Source of the DNA: Eledone cirrhosa
Lineage: Eukaryota
Length of the DNA stretch: 64,000 nucleotides
NCBI GenBank assembly: GCA_964016885.1
Contig: OZ024741.1
Span: 356,066,001 to 356,130,000 of the forward strand
Direction of reading: 5' to 3'
Position numbers and translations under genes: made by a program. This document shows positions 55,414 through 64,000 of this stretch, piece by piece (positions within the stretch are counted from its first letter, which is position 1; every line of letters begins with the position of its first letter). The notes under the pieces were generated by a model, which saw only the letters and a program-made list of their open reading frames with translations, was not told the origin of the DNA and did not search any database.

Positions 55414-55414
<1 letters not shown>
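54626..55414. repeat. Partial tandem element (~612-bp period) in (TA)n
   Basis: ~54626-54811 repeats at ~55238-55414. Confidence 0.8.
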
Positions 55415-55488
<74 letters not shown>

Positions 55489-56258
55489 ATAACTAGAAAT
55501 TGATTAACATATAAATAAACATGAATAATCAAAGGAGATAATTTTTACAAGTGTGTAACCACACATAGCTAGGTAGGTAACTAAATAAAGTTGACCAGAA
55601 CTTCAAAAATAGATACCTTATAATATGATTAATCTTCCCTGTATATATTCCATTAAAGAAATATATTTCACCAATTAATCGGATGGTAAAGCACGGAAGT
55701 GGAGACTTGGATTTTCAACAAGGAAGAAGTTCCAGCGATCCGTGTTTACACTTCAAGTTCAAATCAGCGACTGGCCAGCACCACGTGTTATATCTACTAG
55801 AAATACACACATCATACTAGCTTCGTCCCAGTGGCGTGAATAGGGTTATCGACAACTAGAAACAGCAGTCGAGTCCTTTCATAAGAATTAGCTCTACAAT
55901 TAAGGAGCCGTATTTATATATCTATATCCAAAATTAAGATAAATCAAATTAATTTAATCTAAATCAAATTTAGATTAAATTCATTTGATTTATCTTAATT
56001 TTGGATATAGATATATATTTATATATATATATTAGAATTGGTGCTCTGAAATAGCGATATATATATGAATGTATATATAGTGCATTTTGCAATACACTGT
56101 ATACTTAATTAAAAGCATTTCGAAGACCTTACGCTATTGTTTTAGAGTAGTGACAGTCTCACTTACTTTAATTTTCAGCAAACAGAGGAGATAAAGCGAA
56201 CAGACCTCTGTTTCGCACTTTTTCGTGCTTATCAAAGCTAACTACTCCTCCTGTTATA

Positions 56259-57426
56259 TACTCGCTTTACGCGTTTCAATTGTCCTAATAACTTATTTTG
56301 GTTATTATTGCACCGACGTGAGGTATATGATTTTTAATGCAATGAAATATCTATGATCGTCGGCAAATCACTGATGAGGGACTCATTTTATTACATGATA
56401 TCCATGTGCTACCTGCAGTATTTTTCTCTATATTTTATTACATATATTTACCACTGCGATTCTGTGTTTTTTTTCTCTCTCTCTCTTACTGTTCCCCCAT
56501 TCTCTCTGTTTCTCCCCCTCTGTCATGTCAGTTAACTCTTCCTCACACTTTCACTCACTCACTGTTTCTCTTCTCTTCATTTCATCCTGTACACCACGAG
56601 GGCTATTTTTCTCTCTTCTCACATAGCCATCGCTCGTGTCGGGTCTGTTCTAAAAGCGCTCATATATTCACCTAGCTTATGCTAAACAGAATAATTTTTG
56701 AAGCTTGTTTCTTTCCCCTACGGTTAGCTATACTCTTTGTTGTTCTCCTGTCTCACTCGCTTTACGCGTTTCAATTGTCCTAATAACTTATTTTGGTTAT
56801 TATTGCACCGACGTGAGGTATATGATTTTTAATGCAATGAAATATCTATGATCGTCGGCAAATCACTGATGAGGGACTCATTTTATTACATGTTATCCAT
56901 GTGCTACCTGCAGTATTTTTCTCTATATTTTATTACATATATTTACCACTGCGATTCTGTGTTTTTTCTCTCTCTCTCTCTCTTACTGTTCCCCCATTCT
57001 CTCTGTTTCTCCCCCTCTGTCATGTCAGTTAACTCTTCCTCACACTTTCACTCACTCACTGTTTCTCTTCTCTTCATTTCATCCTGTACACCACGAAGGC
57101 TATTTTTCTCTCTTCTCACATAGCCATCGCTCGTGTCGGGTCTGTTCTAAAAGCGCTCATATATTCACCTAGCTTATGCTAAACAGAATAATTTTTGAAG
57201 CTTGTTTCTTTCCCCTACGGTTAGCTATACTCTTTGTTGTTCTCCTGTCTCACTCGCTTTACGCGTTTCAATTGTCCTAATAACTTATTTCGGTTATTAT
57301 TGCACCGACGTGAGGTATATGATTTTTAATGCAATGAAATATCTATGATCGTCGGCAAATCACTGATGAGGGACTCATTTTATTACATGTTATCCATGTG
57401 CTACCTGCAGTATTTTTCTCTATATT

Positions 57427-57430
<4 letters not shown>
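56259..57430. repeat. Tandem repeat, ~496-bp unit, ~2.35 near-identical copies
   Basis: actcgctttacgcgtttcaattgtcc recurs at ~56260, ~56755 and ~57252. Confidence 0.95.
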
Positions 57431-57468
<38 letters not shown>

Positions 57469-57473
57469 TATAT

Positions 57474-58460
57474 AAGTGTAGTGACTGCTGGAAAGCTACC
57501 ATTACTCATACTTCTTGTCTCCTTAACCACCTCTTCTACGGCCTCGATATAAATACCCCCTCCGCCTCCGTGGTATTTTTTTCAGGGTTATAAGAGGCTT
57601 AGCTCTGTTTCTTAACCGCTGTATCACGTGATTGACTCCCCCTCCGCCTTTTGGGATTCTATCTCGCATCTTACAGACGTGTTTTTGAAATCCTTAATGA
57701 GGTATCCTCTTGATAAGTCGGCAGACCTCACAAAAATTGTATATCTCTGTGATGTATTGTTTTTGATTATGCCACGAAACTACGTAGTCGAAGAATTTAG
57801 AAGCAGTTTAGGTATGATACATCTTATTACTAATTATATCTAATGTTTCTTCTCTCTTCATAATGTACTTTATAGCTCTGATACTGGTTCAGTCTAATCC
57901 ATTCGGATTGGTTTGTCCCAGTTATTCATAGAGCAACATCGGTTAAGGTTGGCACCATTAACTCAAGGATGGATGTGGATATATTCATGTATATGTGTGT
58001 GTCCGCATGTATCTGTGTGTTTCTCTATATATTGTTTATAACTCCCTTTGGTCGAGTAACCCTTGAAGTGTAGTGACTGCCGGAAAGCTACCATTACTCA
58101 TACTTCTTGCCTCCTTAACCACCTCTTCTACGGCCTCGATATAAATACCCCCTCTGCTTCCGTGGTATTTTTTTCAGGGTTATAAGAGGCTTAGCTCTGT
58201 TTCTTGACCGCTGTATCACGTGATTGACTCCCCTCCGCCTTTTAGGATTCTATCTCGCATCTTACAGACGTGTTTTTGAAATCCTTAATGAGGCATCCTC
58301 TTGATAAGTCGGCAGACCTCGCAAAAATTGTATATCTCTGTGATGTATTGTTTTTGATTATGCCACGAAACTACGTAGTCGAGGAATTTAGAAGCAGTTT
58401 AGGTATGATACATCTTATTACTAATTATATCTAACGTTTCTTCTCTCTTCATAATGTACT
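57474..58460 (+). mobile_element. ORF-less partial tandem (~591-bp period) with two U3:A8 HHRs; retrozyme/pLTR-like
   Basis: Direct repeats ~57474-57869 and ~58066-58460. HHRs at 57705-57794 and 58296-58385. (TA)n on both sides. Confidence 0.8.
58296..58385 (+). ncRNA. Hammerhead ribozyme, U3:A8 variant with extended helix II (second copy at 57705-57794)
   Basis: tcctc-TTGATAA-gt-c-ggca...tgcc-ac-GAA-ACTACGTAGT-C-gagga; GUC cleavage triplet and a 10-nt palindromic helix III. Confidence 0.8.
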
Positions 58461-58646
58461 ATATATATATATACAGTGTATCCCTGGCATTGACACTCCC
58501 AGTTATTCGTGGAAACTACCGCATGTTCGCGGAATCGTAAATATCTTATCTTCTGCGATTTTTTTATGTTTCTTTTCATGGCAATATATATTTTTTAACT
58601 CTAAATTATTAATTGTTCCTACTTTTATATATATATATATATATAT

Positions 58647-59164
58647 CACGATACATTAACGGAGCCATAGACTCTCGCCGTTCCCTGTAAATAATGTGCT
58701 CAAAGGAGAGGAAATCCTGGGCACTTGTTCACTGCCACTGGTTCACTGCCCTTAAACACGCTGTGACTTCTCTCTCCCACGTGTAGTTCGACGGCCGCTT
58801 TAAAAATTCTTTTAGTGTTGTCTGAAATGTATAGCCTAACACACGCTGATGAACCTGGGTTATTTCATTTCCGTCAACAACTTACTGGCGAAACAGATCA
58901 CTTTGGATTTGTACGTGTGTAGTTATAGAGGTATTTATTTACGCTTTAATTTATATTTTTAATTATCGTGTCAATATTCTGCCTTTCATAGGTTATAGAT
59001 CCATGCACTGGTGGTTTTTCCCAGTTTTATTGATGGCGCACTGTATCTCTCTCTAGTGTGTTACCTTTCCAACATATTGTATTTTAAAGTGCCCAGGATT
59101 TCCTCTCCTTTGAGCACATTATTTGCAGGGAACGGCGAGAGTCTATGGCTCCGTTAATGTATCG

Positions 59165-59167
<3 letters not shown>
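58647..59167. mobile_element. ~520-bp element with ~80-bp terminal inverted repeats and an internal HHR
   Basis: ~58647-58726 is the reverse complement of ~59087-59167. (TA)n flanks. Confidence 0.8.
58839..58920 (+). ncRNA. Full type I hammerhead ribozyme
   Basis: acacacg-CTGATGA-acc...ggc-GAA-ACagatc..gatttGT-A-cgtgtgt. Confidence 0.8.
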
Positions 59168-59254
<87 letters not shown>

Positions 59255-59502
59255 GAAAGGTATAGAAAGTATTGTAGCAAGAAGCCAACAGTATTCCATA
59301 ATATACTATAGCGTCAAAATGGGAAAATAGTTAATGTAAGATGTGGGAAAAATATATAATTCAAACTCAATTCAAAAAGAATCAGGATATAGATTTATCC
59401 AACAGAATTTAGTGAAATCCAGGGAAAAATCAATAGAGCATTAACTCATGATTAAATAAAGTTTAAAATACTCATCCTTCAATTTGGGACAACTACAAAT
59501 GG

Positions 59503-59581
59503 TCTGTATAGTCTTGAAAAAGACTATTTCACGAAAACTTTCAGTGGAGATGGTCACCGTTGGAATACGATCATCAGCAGA
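59503..59581 (-). ncRNA. Type I hammerhead ribozyme
   Basis: tctg-CTGATGA-tcg...cgt-GAA-ATAGTCTT..AAGACTAT-A-caga. The first helix II pair is T.T. Confidence 0.65.
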
Positions 59582-59927
59582 GCTCAACACGATAGCCAGA
59601 TTCTCACTGATTAATATGCCAAAAATGGAATTTAAAAGCAGGCTAGTTTAACATCATCTGTGATTATGAAAATAAAACACACATGTGGAAAAACAGGGCT
59701 GGTGACGTCAGAATGAGACGAATGTTTGTTTACATGAAACAACAGTCAAAAACATTCCGAAAAAACTCTACAATAAGGAGTTCAGCAAAAAGCAATATTA
59801 TCGCGGTTTTTTTTTTTTAAATACCGGGATTAGTCACAAATAATTTAAGCACTCTAGGAAAGAAATCCGAGTATAAATATATAAATGAAAGGTATAGAAC
59901 GTATATATATATATATAGAGAGAGAGA

Positions 59928-60252
59928 GAGAAAAAGAGATGAAATCGAAAATGCAACTGGAGTCTTATTTTTTTTTTAAATATATATATTTATTTGGTTC
60001 CTTTACCGGTTTCGCAGTTCTTCTGCTTTTCAAAAGGTGAGTTGAGATGGAGGGTCTGTGGTTTTTCGCACATCTGCTTTTGAAAAGCAGAAGAACTGCG
60101 AAACCGGTAAAGGAACCAAATAAATATATATATATTTTTTAAAATAAGACTCCAGTTGCATTTTCGATTTCATCTCTTTTTCTTTATACTTTTACTCGTT
60201 TAGGACACCTCGGTTATTTTTCATTTTGTAAAAAAAAAACCTCACTTTCTAA
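59928..60252. mobile_element. Miniature palindromic family-B element
   Basis: Opposed U3:A8 HHRs at 60000-60037 (minus, intact) and ~60077-60113 (plus, helix I clipped). Short end on the left, long end on the right. Confidence 0.88.
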
Positions 60253-60656
60253 AAATATATATATATATATATACGATATTAAATAAATGGAAACTATATT
60301 TATAAAACCATATTTATTTCATTATACATATTTCAGGGATACCAAATTAAAATATGGTATGCCTTCATCAGACAAAATACAATATATAAACAGTTTTATA
60401 AATAATTTTGACGTACCCTATTAGATGCAACCATTATTTTTGGAAGCTGTCTGGATAGTGAGATGTTTATAATTATTTTATTAGTTATAGTGTTAAGCAC
60501 AGTTAGAAAAAGACGGAGAGAGAGAAGGAGAGAGAAAAAGAAGGAGAGAGAGAAAAAAGAAAACCTGGAGAAATACCGGAGAGAGAGATAAATGTATGTA
60601 GAAAAGAAAGATATAAATAGATAGGAGGAAATAAAAAAGAAATAAAAAAGAATATT

Positions 60657-61385
60657 ATGGAAAACATTACAATAATTCCAAAAGCCGAAAAAGAAATAGA
60701 ACTAGAAATATATTATGGTTTGCCCCCCCCCTTCTCACTAAATATTAAAACCCATATTGCTAAACTATTCTTTAATGCTCTTGACAAACGCTTCCCTAGA
60801 ACACATAAATATCACTCAATTTTTAATAGACACACTATAAAATTAACTTACTCGTCCACCAAAAATTTAGCACAAAATATTAACAGAATTAATAATAGGA
60901 ATTTAAAACCTAACCAAAATACCAATAATAACCCAAACAATATTCAATTAAATAACTGTAACTGTAGAAATAAATCTAACTGTCCGTTAAATAACAACTG
61001 CTTAGCTAAAAATGTAGTGTACAATTGTAATGTTAAAACTAATTTAAATTCTTTCAACTATGTTGGTTCCACCTCGACAGAATTTAAACTTCGCTTCAAT
61101 AATCATAAGAATTCTTTCACAGATCCAAACAAAAAATCCTCAACTTCGCTATCTAGCCTACTCTGGCACCTTAAACGAGATAATATTAAATATTCGATGA
61201 TTTGGAATATTGTCTCAAAAGGTACTCCCTTTAATTCCTCTTCGGAGAGTTGTGATCTTTGTATAGAAGAAATATTCTTTATATTAAAGTCCAAAAATTC
61301 CCTTAATTTAAGGAGCAATTTATTCAGTTGCTGCAGACATAGATTGAACTCAACGTTTAAATATAAATATAAATTTAAAATGTAG
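60657..61385 (+). CDS. Naiad-type PLE C-terminal region with GIY-YIG endonuclease (5'-truncated element)
   Basis: PPFSLNIKT..FP..HKYH.IFNRHTIKLTYS, CNCRNKSNCPLNNNC, VVYNCNV..YVGST.TEFKLRFNNH, CDLCIEE, CRHR. The first ~22 codons are out of the ancestral frame because of a poly-C slip at ~60723-60731. Confidence 0.85.
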   Translation: MENITIIPKAEKEIELEIYYGLPPPFSLNIKTHIAKLFFNALDKRFPRTHKYHSIFNRHTIKLTYSSTKNLAQNINRINNRNLKPNQNTNNNPNNIQLNNCNCRNKSNCPLNNNCLAKNVVYNCNVKTNLNSFNYVGSTSTEFKLRFNNHKNSFTDPNKKSSTSLSSLLWHLKRDNIKYSMIWNIVSKGTPFNSSSESCDLCIEEIFFILKSKNSLNLRSNLFSCCRHRLNSTFKYKYKFKM

Positions 61386-62840
61386 TATAATTAATTAAGA
61401 AATTTAGTTAATATATGAAACCTGACGATAAATCATTAGATTCCTTCACCTTTTTCATTTTAAACTTTCTTCCTAAATATAAACAAGGATATAATAAACT
61501 ACTCTAAAATGTATATTCTCCCAATGTATTAAATAAAATATACGTAAGATAAATTTCTATACTAAATATAAGGGTATCCGTAGAATCACTGGGTCTTCTA
61601 AATCTTTTAAATTATTTTTATTTTTTTATTTGTTTTGACTCTGATAGCTTCGAATAACTTTCATATGTCTACCCTTGCAATATCTTGTTTGAGATATAGG
61701 TAGGGTAGATTTCTATAATAAATATATAAAACATATTATTTTAACTTGAGATACTCTATAGTGTTTTAAAGATATTTAATGCTTTGATATTTCTATATTA
61801 ATATATTGATATTTGATTATCTCTATACAAAGGCCATATGTGTGTATTAACATGCATATAAAAGTTTTATAGGGTCTATTTATGTGTTTGTATATATGTC
61901 TGTATATATGCATAACGATGCTGGAAGACTCACGCAGATATTTATTTATACATATGTATGTGTATATATGATTGTGTGTGTATATGTTGATGTGTGTTGC
62001 AGATAGGCATAATATTAAATACATGAACGGTAATCATATATATGAGGACATGAATATTAATCGTATTTTTATGTATATATACTGTGAAATTTTTATAACA
62101 CAAGAAATGTATAGAAGTGATCAAGTGAAATCATTTGTGTGTCTATATTATTGACTTGAGTAGACATAATTTCTTTTTTCAGGACGTACATATGTGTGTA
62201 TATATATATACATATTTGTATCCGTATTTTTATAAATAGGGTCTTTTTTGAAGGTTTTAACTCAGATTTTGGTATATTGACCTCAAGGTTTTAAACTAAA
62301 CATATGGTCATTATTGAACAATGTTATTTTCTCATATTATATATCTATGTCCCATTCATGAATATTGATATTTACATTTATATTATTCATTTCATATGAA
62401 TTGTTAACTCAACTTAATATGACATGATGTAAAGTTGTCAATATATCCCCCTCTCTCTATATAGTATTTCCTCTCTCTTGAGTTTTTCTATCTGTATGAT
62501 GAATTATTATCTCTCTGTTGCTTTCTTTTGTTTTTCTTATTTCTTCCTTTTTTCTTTCTTTTTTCTTTCTTTTTTATTTCTTTTTTATTTCCTCCTATCT
62601 ATTTATATCTTTCTTTTCTACATACATTTATCTCTCTCTCCGGTATTTCTCCAGGTTTTCTTTTTTCTCTCTCTCCTTCTTTTTCTCTCTCCTTCTCTCT
62701 CTCCGTCTTTTTCTAACTGTGCTTAACACTATAACTAATAAAATAATTATAAACATCTCACTATCCAGACAGCTTCCAAAAATAATGGTTGCATCTAATA
62801 GGGTACGTCAAAATTATTTATAAAACTGTTTATATATTGT

Positions 62841-62903
62841 ATTTTATCTGATGAAGGCATACCATATTTTAATTTGGTATCCCTGAAATATGTATAATGA
62901 AAT
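62841..62903 (+). ncRNA. Hammerhead ribozyme, family A (inverted copy at 60316-60378)
   Basis: attttat-CTGATGA-agg-C-atacca..tggtat-C-cct-GAA-ATATGTAT-A-atgaaat. Confidence 0.85.
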
Positions 62904-63032
62904 AAATATGGTTTTATAAATATAGTTTCCATTTATTTAATATCGTATATCTACTCCAAAAACTTGTCGAGTGGTTTATATCAGTTATAAAATATTTACT
63001 TGTTGTATCCCAACAATTTTAAATAGAACTTT

Positions 63033-63082
<50 letters not shown>

Positions 63083-63268
63083 TAAAAGGAATTCAAACTT
63101 TGTCTGATTTACTCGTTTTATTTACAATCTTTTAAAATTTATAATGGTATTATAATGAAATAGTATGATAGAATATTAAATGTTAAGTGTTAATTGAACA
63201 AGTACTTTCATGCTTTCGCAATCTTCAGGTTCATAATGTGTGGTGACAGTCAAGTTTGCAATTTTCAA

Positions 63269-63332
<64 letters not shown>

Positions 63333-63334
63333 TT

Positions 63335-63450
63335 TATAACGCACCAAAGTACTCAATACTTGAGGTAGTAGAGTACCCACTCTACTACCTCAAGTATTGA
63401 GTACTTTGGTGCGTTATGGTCCACCTGGTTCCTTACCACATTTCCTTCGT

Positions 63451-63452
<2 letters not shown>
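63335..63452. repeat. Tiny fold-back insertion (family D; same 3' end at ~51947-52024)
   Basis: Perfect ~38-bp-arm hairpin around accc (~63375), extended on one side by ggtccacctggttccttaccaca.ttccttcgtta(TA)n. Confidence 0.8.
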
Positions 63453-63507
<55 letters not shown>

Positions 63508-64000
63508 ATGTATATGTGTACAACCTGTCTCATGGTCGGGTCGTTGGCGACTAAACTGGCAACCCCACCAAGGTTTCTTGGTGAGGGGGGTGACTTTGGA
63601 CATCCTGCAGGACTAAAAACAAAACCTGTCAAAGGGCAAAGGAGCTCTTAAGAGTCAATGGCCATCCAAAATCACTGGGAGAGATGACCCCTTAGCCTTT
63701 GTCAAGGCAGAATTCTAGGAGAAGAAAAACTCTGATATAACACCTGCAACCCTGATGGTATCCAATGATGTTGACTTGTTCTTCTTTTTGGTAAATATCC
63801 TCTTGGTTAAGAGAGTGGGACTGGCTTTGTGCAGTGCCTTTGCTCACTATAAATGCTTCACGGCACAGGCATTGCTTTGTATCTGGAGATCTCTCTGCAC
63901 TTGTCGTCACATGGTACCAAAGGTAAAGCACTATGTGTCAATAATTGTCACAAGTGTAGTGTTTGTACCAGAGTTTTCAAGTCGCTGGCTGGACTAAAAA

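Larger units (their letters stand above)
60272..63036 (+). mobile_element. Family-A Naiad-type PLE: inverted arm, GIY-YIG ORF and 3' pLTR
   Basis: ~60272-60652 is the reverse complement of ~62567-62948. HHRs at 60316-60378 (minus) and 62841-62903 (plus). (TA)n flanks. Confidence 0.92.

Noticed and set aside
56340-56400. CTGATGAG in the 496-bp repeat as a hammerhead
   Set aside because: No helix II with a matching GAAA in any type I, II or III topology that I could build.
56259-58460. CRISPR-like array
   Set aside because: Units are ~500-600 bp with no unique spacers, and the context is eukaryotic.
61386-61460. Possible SECIS (ATGA-N11-AAA) downstream of the Naiad ORF, since some Naiads encode selenocysteine
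   Set aside because: There is no closing GA quartet, pairing is weak, and the ORF has no in-frame TGA.

Overview
This is AT-rich, microsatellite-dense animal genomic DNA. The repeat landscape looks like a coleoid cephalopod such as Octopus, which is an inference. One host gene can be reconstructed completely: a minus-strand SLC22-family MFS transporter with 10 coding exons (47816->25546, 1701-nt CDS, 566 aa), whose intron 4 needs a GC-AG donor. The rest is mostly mobile DNA: a near-full-length L1/Tx1-type LINE in an (AAT)n tract, two R4/Dong-like LINE 3' fragments, Helitrons, hAT and Tigger-like MITEs, a mariner relic and tRNA-derived SINEs. The largest group is Penelope-like (PLE; Naiad- and Neptune-type GIY-YIG) insertions in (TA)n tracts. 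The main hidden signal is RNA structure, with about 25 hammerhead-ribozyme (HHR) motifs read by eye. These include U3:A8 core variants, a C.C mismatch shared in helix II across families, fold-back insertions that repeatedly pair one 'long' with one 'short' 3' end, and ORF-less retrozyme-like units (best case a 591-nt HHR-to-HHR unit at 57474-58460). Exon and HHR coordinates were counted by hand; element boundaries are approximate.
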